Source: Alphaproteobacteria bacterium (lineage in GTDB: Bacteria; Pseudomonadota; Alphaproteobacteria; Bin95). From it: a stretch of 64,000 bases of DNA. The DNA lies in contig JAURGE010000008.1 of NCBI GenBank assembly GCA_030833925.1, positions 6,617-70,616 on the forward strand. Reading direction: 5' to 3'. A program made the translations under genes and the position numbers. Below the pieces are notes generated by a model. That model was not told the origin of the DNA. It made no database searches and was given only the letters and a program-made list of their open reading frames with translations. Positions 48,366 to 58,228 of this stretch are shown piece after piece (the first letter of the stretch is position 1; each line of letters begins with the position of its first letter).

Positions 48366-49490
48366 CTACTCAGCGCTTGAAATCAGCTGATTGAGATTAC
48401 GATGAAAATTGCAAATTACCTGTTCAAATTGTCCAAAAGTAAAATATTCGTTAGCACCGCTGGCTAAACCTTGTTGGATACTTTTAGCCGCTGCGCGATC
48501 CTCTAAAAGTCCCGTATCTTGCACAAAGTCGGCATCACGTCGCGCAATCTCCAAATTCTCTGGGGTTACCTCTTCTCCTTCGTTAGTAAGCTGATAGACC
48601 ACCCAGCGTGTTGAACTAGGTGTTAAAGGCTCGAGAATGATGAAGAGAGTGTGGTTAGACAGCACTGAAGTATGGGCGTGCGGAAAGATTTGGAAAACTT
48701 GAGTATAGCGTCCCTCGTAATTTCGCTCCTCCGGTAACTTATCACGAAGCCTTTCTATTCTGTTAAACGGAAAGACAATCAGAGCATTACGATTATAGAG
48801 CTCTATGATGTTTAAGTTGTCATACCCATAGGGGTAGAAGGACTTATTGTGCAAAGCCCTAATGTGGTAGCCCTCCATGGAGGTCTCACCAATGAGCTTC
48901 CAATTAGCGTCATCAACAAATTCTAAGGAGTTAAAAACCCTTTGCTCAGGCTTGATAATTTCGGGTAGACAGTCGAGAGCCCCTGCCGAGATTGGTTCCT
49001 GTTGGGTAACAAAAACCACACCCGCTCTTTCTACGGCCGTTACTTCAGCTAATCCATGATCTGATTTATCAACTGAGGGAAAACCTTCAGCGCCGGGAAT
49101 ATGCTTGAGCTTCCCGTCTAAACCATATGTCCAAGCATGATAGGGGCACACAAAAGTCCTTGCACAACCTGAGCCATCTTTAAGTGCCATACCACGGTGT
49201 CTGCACGAATTACGAAATGCCCGAACTACACCATCATCACCACGAACGACCAATAGAGGGGTCCCTGCAGCGACCCGCGCAATGTAAGATCCAGCCTCAG
49301 GCAACGCGGCAGACGGACAGAAGGGCAGAGGAATAGACCGCATCATCTGCAGTTCTGCTTCAAAACGAGTCTGTGAAAAGTAGTTCTTAACCGGTTCCCG
49401 CCAAATTTCCCCGCCCACATCCGTCGTTTTATTATCAACATGACCGATCACACGGGCATAAATTTCTTCAGGCTTTGGAATTTCGATCAT
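48366..49490 (-). CDS. Rieske non-heme iron oxygenase alpha subunit (choline monooxygenase/CntA-like type)
   Basis: CRHRG-x-CPYHAW Rieske ligands; NWKL..E..MEGYHIRALH and ED mononuclear Fe ligands, with a bridging Glu. Confidence 0.88.
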   Translation of the reverse strand: MIEIPKPEEIYARVIGHVDNKTTDVGGEIWREPVKNYFSQTRFEAELQMMRSIPLPFCPSAALPEAGSYIARVAAGTPLLVVRGDDGVVRAFRNSCRHRGMALKDGSGCARTFVCPYHAWTYGLDGKLKHIPGAEGFPSVDKSDHGLAEVTAVERAGVVFVTQQEPISAGALDCLPEIIKPEQRVFNSLEFVDDANWKLIGETSMEGYHIRALHNKSFYPYGYDNLNIIELYNRNALIVFPFNRIERLRDKLPEERNYEGRYTQVFQIFPHAHTSVLSNHTLFIILEPLTPSSTRWVVYQLTNEGEEVTPENLEIARRDADFVQDTGLLEDRAAAKSIQQGLASGANEYFTFGQFEQVICNFHRNLNQLISSAE

Positions 49491-49499
49491 TAACCAATT

Positions 49500-50015
49500 T
49501 CACACGTTATAGATGTCGATTGGAATATCGACACGGTCATTTAAGAAAGTGATGTGCTTCCTTGCAATTTTGAGAGCTCCGTTATCATCACGCCGAAGCG
49601 TATAGTCATAACGGCCTCCGTGAACACGAGCACCCTTACGGTCTCCATATTGATGAACAGTCCAGCTGCAAGAAGCATCTATAGTAGTTTCCGAAACCGC
49701 CAGTAAAAGAACATTACCTACTACATGTGCGCTTCTTGGCATTGGCGTTGAAGCGTAGCTATCACGGGTACCTATTCTGTAAACTCTATCATCAAGTCCA
49801 GATTTATCGTGAAAGTAAATCAGGAAAAGTTCTTTGGCCGGATCAGAAGCAAGCGTTGTTTCATCAACCCAGGCAGGTATGAGGTATTCAGCATCTTCAC
49901 TGAACAGGTCCAGCCAGTCATCAAAACGGCGCATATCAAGAAGATAAGCCTCCCTGTAAATCAACTGCTCCGCCTCATGTTGCAAACAAAGGTCTTTATT
50001 TGTCACCTGGCTCAT
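49500..50015 (-). CDS. Aromatic ring-hydroxylating dioxygenase beta subunit (BenB/AntB-like)
   Basis: LIYREAYLLD..FDDWL, Y.IPAW, GLDDRVYRI, SYASTP.PR, IDIYNV terminus. Confidence 0.88.
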   Translation of the reverse strand: MSQVTNKDLCLQHEAEQLIYREAYLLDMRRFDDWLDLFSEDAEYLIPAWVDETTLASDPAKELFLIYFHDKSGLDDRVYRIGTRDSYASTPMPRSAHVVGNVLLLAVSETTIDASCSWTVHQYGDRKGARVHGGRYDYTLRRDDNGALKIARKHITFLNDRVDIPIDIYNV

Positions 50016-51343
50016 CTATCTACTGCCATTAATTCTGCCCAACGACGATATTGGCCAAGGAAAATTGTCTCCAAGTCCCAGGGCGTGTTCCGGCCTTTTG
50101 GCTCAATTTCAAGTTCACGTATATGTTCGTCAGCGCCGACTGAAGCCGTAGCCATCCCTCGATCAAATGGAGACCACTGAGCAAGTCGGCCCGCAACTCC
50201 AGCCTGCGTATCTTCCAGAGCTACAGAGTCGTCAGGAGTAGCCAGACCGCTAGTCAAAAAGAAATCACGAAATTTATTGAGTCGTGCCCGGCGAGCTTCA
50301 GAGCTCTCTCCCCTTGGGGCAATGCAAAAAACTTTAATTTCAGTTTTACTGGGGCTAAGGGGTCGGATTACGCGGATTTGCGTTGAAGACTGGTCCATAA
50401 GAAAAACATTAGGATAAATAAGCAGGTTACGCCCGCGCCCTACCATCCACTTCCATTTTTCCTCACCAACGAGAGGAACCAATTTATCCTTTGCTTCGTA
50501 AAGTGGCGCTGCTTCGGGAGCCCCACGATCAGACCAAATAACATTGTGACCGTGGCCAAGATCATAACAAGCAGTCTCAACAGTGCCTGGATCGAAACGT
50601 GCGTTCTCCGTTAACTTCATGCCTGAGGCATTGTTAAGTTCGTTCCGCCGCCTAACCGTTTGTGCAAAATTTCGATGCACAATCCCCACATGATAACCAT
50701 CCACACCGTTTTCTATTTGAAGCTTCCAATTACACTCCACAATGTAGGTTGAAGACCCGGGTAGTACCTCCATCCCATCAGGAGACTGATCTGCCAGCAT
50801 ATCAATAAAGGGTCTAGAATCACCTAAATGCTCTGCCAAAGCCGGCGCCTCCGGATTAAGGCTTGCAAAAATAAAACCCTTATAATTCTCAACACGTGGC
50901 AAAGGGGTAAGATTGAAGCAGGATTTATCGATGCCGTTTGGATAGCCAATCGCCTCATCTTTAATGCGAATGCAATCTCCATCAGACTTGAAAGTCCAAC
51001 CGTGGTATCGGCAAACAAAAATGCGAGCGTTGCCTTGGCGAGTTGGCGTTAGCAAAGCTCCTCTGTGTGAACAGGCATTGATGAGACCACCAATTTTGCC
51101 GTCATCTAGGCGGTTAATTATGACCGGCTGACGACCAATTTCAGTCCAAAAATAGTCTCCTGGTTTTGAAATTTGACTTTCATGGGCAACGTATATCCAC
51201 GTAGCCTCGAAAATACGCAACATTTCAGTCTCATAAACATCTGGATCGTCATACATACGCCGATCAATGCGAAAACTGCCTTCAGCAGCCCGGTCGTTGA
51301 CCATGGCGGCATAGTTGACTCCAAAACGAGACGTGTCTGGCAT
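50012..51343 (-). CDS. Aromatic ring-hydroxylating dioxygenase alpha subunit (benzoate/anthranilate group, divergent)
   Basis: AHESQI, NACSHRGA...CRYHGW, NWKLQIENGVDGYHVGIVH, RNLLIYPNVFLMDQ, GLATPDD. Start MPDTS at 51343 with SD AGGAG. Confidence 0.88.
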   Translation of the reverse strand: MPDTSRFGVNYAAMVNDRAAEGSFRIDRRMYDDPDVYETEMLRIFEATWIYVAHESQISKPGDYFWTEIGRQPVIINRLDDGKIGGLINACSHRGALLTPTRQGNARIFVCRYHGWTFKSDGDCIRIKDEAIGYPNGIDKSCFNLTPLPRVENYKGFIFASLNPEAPALAEHLGDSRPFIDMLADQSPDGMEVLPGSSTYIVECNWKLQIENGVDGYHVGIVHRNFAQTVRRRNELNNASGMKLTENARFDPGTVETACYDLGHGHNVIWSDRGAPEAAPLYEAKDKLVPLVGEEKWKWMVGRGRNLLIYPNVFLMDQSSTQIRVIRPLSPSKTEIKVFCIAPRGESSEARRARLNKFRDFFLTSGLATPDDSVALEDTQAGVAGRLAQWSPFDRGMATASVGADEHIRELEIEPKGRNTPWDLETIFLGQYRRWAELMAVDR

Positions 51344-51431
51344 GGGAACATCTCCTGCAAAGTGAACAAATATTGCAGACTTTTTTGTCATCCCTCCAGA
51401 CCGTGTAAAATTATTCTTTGAGGAGGCAAAA

Positions 51432-52613
51432 ATGGGCGAAGATTCAACCTGGCTGGTAACCCCTGTCGGGCAAAGAGCAGATGGCAGTTGGATAACTGAC
51501 ATACTTGCAGAAAGAGCCAAAGAGAATGGGCTGTCTTGGCGTTATGCAGAGGCAAACAACTTTTCTCGAGAGCGAATGGAAGTCGTTCGGGGCCTCACAG
51601 ATGATGATTTACAGCGACTTTACTATCGTCGTGGTTGGACTGATGGTTTGCCAATTATCCTACCAACACGAGCCCGTGTGCGATCTTTCTTACGACACGC
51701 AAGACAGAACGGGGATAAACTGATTGGGGAAGCAGAACCTCTTTTCGGTCAGGTAACAATAGAAAAAGCAGCTGCAAATGCCGTGATGGCAGGCTGTGAC
51801 CCAGCGCATTTTCCCTTTGTAATTTCAGCACTAGAAGCGGTTCTCGATCCTAGTTTTAATCTCCGTGGCGTTCAGACAACCGATGAGAATGTAACACCAC
51901 TTCTTTTGGTTTCGGGACCAGGGTTGGAGAGATTAGATCTTCATGGTGGCGTTGGCGCAATTGGACCTGGATGGCGAGGAAACATGGTTATCGGCCGCGC
52001 TCTAAGACTCTCAATTCAAAACTTAGGCGGTGGCTGGCCTGGCACGACGAACCTCGCAGGGCTTGGACAACCAGGCCGCCTGTGGCTTGTTTTGCCCGAG
52101 AACGAAGCAAATTCCCCTTGGCAAAGCTTACGTGAGCGACTTGGTTATTCTGCAAGTGAGACCGTGCTAATGGTTCTTAGAGCAGAGGCCACAGTTACAT
52201 GCACAGGAAAACTAGACGATCTCGCTAGCTTAATGCGTTCCTCTTTATCGGCATTCAGTCGTCTGCATGGCGGAATATGCGCGGTAGCAATTGCTCCATT
52301 TGTTGCTCAAGGGTTGGCGGAGGAAGGTTGGACAGAACAAGACGTCCGGCAGTATCTGTGGGATTTATCCCAAGCTGATCCAGATGACTATAAACGCAGC
52401 TGGGTGGTCAGCGATCTGCAACCACGATCTGGGATTACAGAATGGGCAAGCGCGGCGGTAGCCTCAGGGAAGGGTCCACCCGCCGTCGAAACACCTGATC
52501 ATATCGTTCTGGTCGTTGCAGGGGCCAACGCTGCCATCCCCCAGCATGCGTATTTTCCGACCTGGGGATTTCCAGAGGCTAAGATCATCAAAATGGTACA
52601 GCGGATCGATTGA
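51432..52613 (+). CDS. Conserved hypothetical protein of the GWTDGLP family (usually a neighbour of UGSC-motif (seleno)proteins)
   Basis: YYRRGWTDGLPIILPT, TIEKAAANAVMAGC, FNLRGVQTT, IGRALRL, ENEANSPW. Strong SD GAGGAGG. Confidence 0.75.
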   Translation: MGEDSTWLVTPVGQRADGSWITDILAERAKENGLSWRYAEANNFSRERMEVVRGLTDDDLQRLYYRRGWTDGLPIILPTRARVRSFLRHARQNGDKLIGEAEPLFGQVTIEKAAANAVMAGCDPAHFPFVISALEAVLDPSFNLRGVQTTDENVTPLLLVSGPGLERLDLHGGVGAIGPGWRGNMVIGRALRLSIQNLGGGWPGTTNLAGLGQPGRLWLVLPENEANSPWQSLRERLGYSASETVLMVLRAEATVTCTGKLDDLASLMRSSLSAFSRLHGGICAVAIAPFVAQGLAEEGWTEQDVRQYLWDLSQADPDDYKRSWVVSDLQPRSGITEWASAAVASGKGPPAVETPDHIVLVVAGANAAIPQHAYFPTWGFPEAKIIKMVQRID

Positions 52614-52692
52614 TATAGTGAAAACGTCTACAAAATGCTTTTTAAAACCTGATGGACGAACACCCTCCATTGCCCTATTTTCCGCGCACTGA

Positions 52693-52709
52693 CGCTCGAG
52701 AGTCGAGCG
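52693..52709. promoter_or_regulatory. Inverted repeat in leader of RND operon
   Basis: CGCTCGA-GAG-TCGAGCG, a perfect 7-bp dyad about 20 nt before the adaptor start. Confidence 0.3.
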
Positions 52710-52728
52710 CACGATTGGATGTTCTCCG

Positions 52729-53883
52729 ATGCGTTATTCGATTTTGTGCCTAGCAGCACTTTTTTTAGCCTACGCCTCTATAAACCCAGCCGCCGCGCAG
52801 CAACGTGGGAACAGACCACCCCCAGCTTTGGTCGGCGATGAAATCGTTCAAGAAATAGCGAGCGAAACTGCCGCGGTAGTGGGGCGGTTTGTTTCAACAA
52901 GAGGCGGTGCCGTGGCAGCTCGTATATCTGGGGCCGTTGATGCGGTGTCAGTGGAGGTAGGAGAGCGGGTTGAGGCCGGACAAATTCTAGCGGAACTCGC
53001 AACTGACCGTTTGTCTGCCGAAGTGCAACGACGTAACGCTCTATTGGAACTTACGAAAGCTCGCATCCAAACGGCTAAGACCACCCAAAAGCTGGCAGAG
53101 CAATTGTTAAACCGCCTAGAACGACTGCGCAATTCTGCAGCTTTTTCTGAAGCTTTACTCTCAGACAAGCAATTAGAGGCAGAGAGAGCAGCGGCTCAAG
53201 TAAAGGAAGTTGAAGCAGACTACGCTCGAGCACTTGCTGAACTGCAGTTAGCGAAAGTTGAGCTCGAGTATAGCCAAGTGAAAGCCCCCTACTCCGGTGT
53301 TGTGGCGGAAAGACATACTGAGGTAGGAGGTTTTGTATCTATCGGCGCTCCTGTTGTGACGCTTATAGGGGACAAAGCGCTTGAAATTGAGGTGGAGGCC
53401 CCAACAGATCGCATGGGTGGGGTGCAACCTGGCGCCAAAGCAATCGTTACTTATGGTGCAGCCTCGGGAGAGATCAGGGTGCGTGCTGTGCTGCCCCGCG
53501 AAACCGGAGTATCTCGCACTCGCACAGTACGTTTCGGACCACTGCCAAAAGAACTTGCAAAGTTAGCTATCACAAACGCGGCCGTGACGATCAACATCCC
53601 TGTAGCCGCTCCTGAGCCTGTAGTCACAATCCACAAGGATGCCATAATTCGCCGGCCATCAGGTGCCGTTGCTGTATTTGCGAAGCCCAATGAAGCCGAA
53701 CCAGGAACCTTCAATGCCGAGATCAAACCTGTTGAACTCGGTGCCGCTATCGGGCGGCGATTCATCTTGATAGAGGGGGCTTCGCCAGGTGACATAGCCG
53801 TTGTGCGAGGCAATGAAACCCTCAGACCCAATCAGACATTCAAGCTTGTCGGTAACCAACCTGCAGGAAAGTCTAATCGATGA
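52729..53883 (+). CDS. RND efflux periplasmic adaptor (MFP)
   Basis: Signal peptide; VAARISGAV...VEVGERVEAGQIL lipoyl half-motifs, alpha hairpin, KAPYSGVV. Confidence 0.92.
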   Translation: MRYSILCLAALFLAYASINPAAAQQRGNRPPPALVGDEIVQEIASETAAVVGRFVSTRGGAVAARISGAVDAVSVEVGERVEAGQILAELATDRLSAEVQRRNALLELTKARIQTAKTTQKLAEQLLNRLERLRNSAAFSEALLSDKQLEAERAAAQVKEVEADYARALAELQLAKVELEYSQVKAPYSGVVAERHTEVGGFVSIGAPVVTLIGDKALEIEVEAPTDRMGGVQPGAKAIVTYGAASGEIRVRAVLPRETGVSRTRTVRFGPLPKELAKLAITNAAVTINIPVAAPEPVVTIHKDAIIRRPSGAVAVFAKPNEAEPGTFNAEIKPVELGAAIGRRFILIEGASPGDIAVVRGNETLRPNQTFKLVGNQPAGKSNR

Positions 53884-56800
53884 ACCTTATTCGCGCCGCC
53901 ATTGAGCGGCCTGTTGCGACGGTTTCTGCCGTCCTCATGATTGTTCTTTTTGGCGGTCTTGCTCTGACCACGATCCCGATCCAGCTGATCCCAGAGGTAA
54001 ATAAACCCCAAGTAACGGTGCAAACTTTATGGCCTGGGGCCGCTCCAGCCGAAGTGGAGCGGGAGATCGTCAACCGACAGGAAGAGGTGCTCCGTGGGGT
54101 CGAGAGCCTGGAAAAAATGGAGAGCCAATCCAGTACTGGACGAGGACGTGTAACCCTGACGTTTGCGGTTGGCACTGACATGGACAAGTCACTATTGCTC
54201 GTCGCGAACAGGCTCGATAGGGTGAATGGGTATCCAGATGAGGCCGATGAACCCACACTGAAGACAGCAAGTTCTGACGACAACGCCATTGCATGGTTTT
54301 CTATCCAACGTCTCCCAGGCAACGAAAGACCTATTCATACTTATCGGGACTTCGTTGAAGACTTTGTTCAGGATCGCTTTGAACGGGTACCTGGGGTTGC
54401 ATTGACCAATCTCTATGGCGGCGGCAGCAGAGAACTTCAAATAGTTGTTGATCCAGAAAAATTAGCGCAATACCGGTTAACTATCGGTGAAGTCGTTAAT
54501 CGCATCCGGACAGAGCATGCCTCGTTCTCCGCTGGCGAGCTAGACGAAGGGAAGCGAAGCTACGTCACTCGGATGGAAGGCAACCTCGACCGTCCCTCTG
54601 CCGTAGAAGACGTAGTTTTGCGTTCCGAAGTCGACCGGGCAACCGGTGCTGTTTCTCGTGTGACCGTTCGCGATGTAGCCAAAGTGGACTTTGGCTATTC
54701 TGAACCCACTGCGCGCATCCGAAGAAACGGTGCTCCAGGTATCGCTGTAAATGCCGTTCGCGAAACTGGCGCAAATGTCATCAAAGTAATGGAGGGACTT
54801 AGGGAAGCGGCTGCCGAACTTAACGATACGGTCCTTAAGCAGAACGGCCTAACCATTAAGCAAGTGTACGACGAGACGATTTACATTGAGTCTGCTATCG
54901 ACCTGGTTCAATCAAACATAATAATAGGTGGCATATTAGCATCGATGGTGCTGTTGCTGTTCCTCCGCTCCTGGCGGCCAACGGTCATTGTAGCTATTGC
55001 CATTCCCGTTTCTGTTATCGGCTCTTTTGTAGCCATGGCCGCTCTTGGTCGCTCTATCAATGTTATATCTTTAGCTGGCATTGCTTTTGCAGTGGGTATG
55101 GTTGTGGATGCTGCCATCGTTGTGCTGGAAAATATCTACAGACATCGCGAAAGAGGGCTCAGTGCGCGCGAAGCCGCTTACAAAGGTGCGAGGCAAGTCT
55201 GGGGCGCCATCTTTGTTTCCGCTCTCACCACTGTGGTTGTATTCATCCCAGTCCTGGTAACAGATCTTGAAGTCGGTCAGCTGTTCCGAGACATAGCTGT
55301 TGCAATCTCGGTTTCTGTAATTCTGTCACTTCTTGTGGCGATAACTGTAATCCCAGCCCTAGGAAAGCGGCTTCTGATCAAGGACGTTAGCGAAGAGGCA
55401 AATCGAGTTCGCATTCCCCCGCTTGACGCCTTTGGTCGGGTATTTTCAGGAACATTTATCCAGTTGGCGCGAACAGCTGTTCGTTTTCGGAGCTTTGCCC
55501 TCCTGTGGGTGGGCACCATCACGGCGGTAGCGATAGTGGGCACGGTTTTATTCTTGCCTCGGCTAGACTACCTGCCCGAGGGCAATAAAAACCTCATACT
55601 AGGCTTTATAACGCCACCTGCAGGCTACAATCTAGAGACAAGCACTAGCATCGCTCTAGATTTTGAGGACGCAACCCGTAAACGGTGGGCGTCCGAGACG
55701 GGACCAGAACCAAGTCCGGACGGCCTGCCGAAAATGAGTGATTTCTACTACGTGGCACTGGGTGAACGCGTAATAGTACTTGCGCGGTCTGTAGACCCCA
55801 CGAAAGTAAAGATGCTTCAGCGACCACTAATGCAGGAGGTGAGTAATCATCCCGACATCAGGGCTTTTTTCCGACTAGCTAGTGTCTTTGGACGTGGTAT
55901 CGGTGGAGCGCGCGTGATCGATGTTGATGTGACCGCTGTAAATCTTGAAGACGCCATCGAGGTTGCAAATGTTGTTGATCGCCGACTAGCCACTGTTTTT
56001 CCAAGACGCGATGGGCATCAAGTGCGTCCTCTACCAAGTCTGGAATTGGGTTCACCCGAGGTGCGTGTTTATCCAGATCGAATACGGCTTGCTGACAATG
56101 GGGTTTCCGCAAGGGAGCTTGGTCTAACCCTGGATGCCTATAATGACGGCCTTCGTATAACCGAAGCCACGATTGGATCCGAGCGACTGAACATGGTTCT
56201 GAAAGGGCGGGAAGACGCTGTAAAATCAACTCAAGATATTGAATCACTGCCGGTTGTATCGAAGTCAGGTATTATTGTGCCGGCTTCTAGTCTTGCCGAC
56301 ATCGTCATGACGACGGGCCCTGTTCAAGTGCGTCACAAAGAGCGTCTTAGAACTGTCACCCTAGCGTTAACACCCGCAGACGCAATGCCCCTAGAGGAGG
56401 CAATGGCGAAGGTTCAATCAGAAGTTCTGGACCCACTTGTTAAAGCAGGTCTGCCAGAGGGCGTCCACTTTCGCCTCGCGGGCACAGCTGATGAACTTGG
56501 AAAGACCAAGACAGAACTGTCTTATGACCTGCTTGTCGCACTGGTTATTGTCTTCTTAGTGATGGCTGTTCAGTTTGAAAGTTTCGTCTATCCCCTTGTG
56601 ATCCTTTTTTCCGTTCCACTTGCGACTGCAGGCGCCGTGCTTGCTCTCGGACTAATGAATATCTGGACGCTTCAAAACTTGGATATGCTGACTGTCTTAG
56701 GCTTCGTTATCTTGATCGGCGTTGTAGTGAATAATGCCATCTTGCTTGTAGATCAGACACTCCAGCATATCAGAGAAGATGGGATGATGCCGGGGGACGC

Positions 56801-57086
56801 CATAGTGGAGGCAACTCGGAACCGTATCCGGCCTATCTTCATGTCTACACTGACTAGCGTTATCGGGATGTTGCCTTTGGTTTTAGCTCCAGGAGCTGGC
56901 TCTGAACTCTACCGTGGCCTAGGTGCAGTCGTTATTGGTGGACTCGGTCTGTCCTCTGTGATGACCCTGGCCGTTGTGCCGCCATTAATGGGCCTGGTAG
57001 TTGCCCCACTAGAGCGACGCGCTGGGCGAATTAAAGCTGAGGAGCAGGCACCACTAACCTCGGCAGCTCAGGCTCCTGCTGAGTAA
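53880..57086 (+). CDS. RND efflux permease (AcrB/AcrD/AcrF family)
   Basis: 1068 aa; AIERPV, WPGAAPAEVE, GMVVDAAIVVLEN, QFES, NNAILLVD, RIRPIFMST. Confidence 0.94.
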   Translation: MNLIRAAIERPVATVSAVLMIVLFGGLALTTIPIQLIPEVNKPQVTVQTLWPGAAPAEVEREIVNRQEEVLRGVESLEKMESQSSTGRGRVTLTFAVGTDMDKSLLLVANRLDRVNGYPDEADEPTLKTASSDDNAIAWFSIQRLPGNERPIHTYRDFVEDFVQDRFERVPGVALTNLYGGGSRELQIVVDPEKLAQYRLTIGEVVNRIRTEHASFSAGELDEGKRSYVTRMEGNLDRPSAVEDVVLRSEVDRATGAVSRVTVRDVAKVDFGYSEPTARIRRNGAPGIAVNAVRETGANVIKVMEGLREAAAELNDTVLKQNGLTIKQVYDETIYIESAIDLVQSNIIIGGILASMVLLLFLRSWRPTVIVAIAIPVSVIGSFVAMAALGRSINVISLAGIAFAVGMVVDAAIVVLENIYRHRERGLSAREAAYKGARQVWGAIFVSALTTVVVFIPVLVTDLEVGQLFRDIAVAISVSVILSLLVAITVIPALGKRLLIKDVSEEANRVRIPPLDAFGRVFSGTFIQLARTAVRFRSFALLWVGTITAVAIVGTVLFLPRLDYLPEGNKNLILGFITPPAGYNLETSTSIALDFEDATRKRWASETGPEPSPDGLPKMSDFYYVALGERVIVLARSVDPTKVKMLQRPLMQEVSNHPDIRAFFRLASVFGRGIGGARVIDVDVTAVNLEDAIEVANVVDRRLATVFPRRDGHQVRPLPSLELGSPEVRVYPDRIRLADNGVSARELGLTLDAYNDGLRITEATIGSERLNMVLKGREDAVKSTQDIESLPVVSKSGIIVPASSLADIVMTTGPVQVRHKERLRTVTLALTPADAMPLEEAMAKVQSEVLDPLVKAGLPEGVHFRLAGTADELGKTKTELSYDLLVALVIVFLVMAVQFESFVYPLVILFSVPLATAGAVLALGLMNIWTLQNLDMLTVLGFVILIGVVVNNAILLVDQTLQHIREDGMMPGDAIVEATRNRIRPIFMSTLTSVIGMLPLVLAPGAGSELYRGLGAVVIGGLGLSSVMTLAVVPPLMGLVVAPLERRAGRIKAEEQAPLTSAAQAPAE

Positions 57087-58213
57087 TGAATGAAGCAGAT
57101 TTCATAGTCGTTGGCGGAGGGGTAGCGGGCGCATCAGTAGCCAGAGCATTGGCGCCGCGAGCAAAGGTAATAATACTCGAGATGGAGAGCCATCCGGGTT
57201 ACCATACCTCTGGTCGGTCCGCTGCTTTATATTCAAAGAGATATAAAGAACCTTCTATTCGTGGGCTCGCTACCGCTAGCGGAAATTTCCTTGAAAACCC
57301 GCCACCTGGGTTTTCCCAAACGCCCTTACTTTCTCCCCGCGGCCTTCTAATCTTTGGACGGGAAGACCAACGTGCTGCTGTTGATGGGCAATTCACGTCA
57401 GAGCAAATTCAAGATGGGGTAGCAGAGGCGATTTCCATAAAAGATGCTTGCAGCCTGGTGCCGTGCCTTAATCCTGACTATGTGTCCTCAGCAATGTATG
57501 TGCCGGCTGCCGCTGATATTGATGTTCATGCCTTGCACCAGGGTTTTCTCTCGCTTGCACAACGGTCCGGCGCCAAGCTTATTTGTGATGCCCCTGTAAC
57601 AGCGCTTTCCTTTGCCAAGGGGAAATGGGAAGTGGGAACTCCGCGTGGCACTTTCTTCACTCCTATAATTATAAATGCTGCTGGTGCTTGGGCAGACAAA
57701 ATTGCAACCCTTGCAGGACTGACACCACTTGGAATTCAGCCGCTTCGTCGGACTTGCATTACGTTTGACCCACCATCAGGCGTAACACCAGGTTCTTGGC
57801 CTATGGCAATGGACGCAGAAGAAAATTTTTACTTCAAACCCGAAGCTGGTCGTATTCTTGCAAGTCCTTGTGATGAGCATGGTAGCCCTCCTGTTGATGC
57901 CCAACCTGAAGAGTTGGATATTGCTCATGCGGTAGATCGAGTGGAGCGCGCAACGACATTGAAGGTTCAACACATCAATCATCGCTGGGCTGGGCTTCGA
58001 TGCTTTATGGCAGACCGCAGGCCTTCGGTTGGTAAGGATAACCGTGCTGATGGCTTCATCTGGTTAGCCGGCCTAGGTGGTTTTGGAATGATGACTTCAG
58101 AAGCCTTAGGCCGCCTAGCCGCTAGTGCTGCCATGGCGGAAGCTCCACCTAAAGACATCCTCACCTCCGGCGTAGACCCTTCAAGTATTGCTCCAAGCCG
58201 ACTAGTGACGTGA
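57086..58213 (+). CDS. FAD-dependent D-amino acid dehydrogenase (DAO family, DauA-like)
   Basis: GGGVAGAS, GYHTSGRSAA, NPPPGFS..PLLSPRG, DIDVHALHQG, NAAGAWAD, WAGLR. TAATG coupling to the RND gene. Confidence 0.85.
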   Translation: MNEADFIVVGGGVAGASVARALAPRAKVIILEMESHPGYHTSGRSAALYSKRYKEPSIRGLATASGNFLENPPPGFSQTPLLSPRGLLIFGREDQRAAVDGQFTSEQIQDGVAEAISIKDACSLVPCLNPDYVSSAMYVPAAADIDVHALHQGFLSLAQRSGAKLICDAPVTALSFAKGKWEVGTPRGTFFTPIIINAAGAWADKIATLAGLTPLGIQPLRRTCITFDPPSGVTPGSWPMAMDAEENFYFKPEAGRILASPCDEHGSPPVDAQPEELDIAHAVDRVERATTLKVQHINHRWAGLRCFMADRRPSVGKDNRADGFIWLAGLGGFGMMTSEALGRLAASAAMAEAPPKDILTSGVDPSSIAPSRLVT

Positions 58214-58228
58214 GAGGAGACTATCAAC

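Noticed and set aside
51344..51520. N-terminal extension of the dioxygenase alpha subunit overlapping the divergent gene
   Set aside because: A good SD precedes ATG 51343. The extension is antisense to the 51432 gene and has no family features.
51344..52728. Hidden selenoprotein (UGA read-through) beside the GWTDGLP gene
   Set aside because: The flanking gaps are only 88 and 115 nt and show no UGSC/CGSC-like frame.
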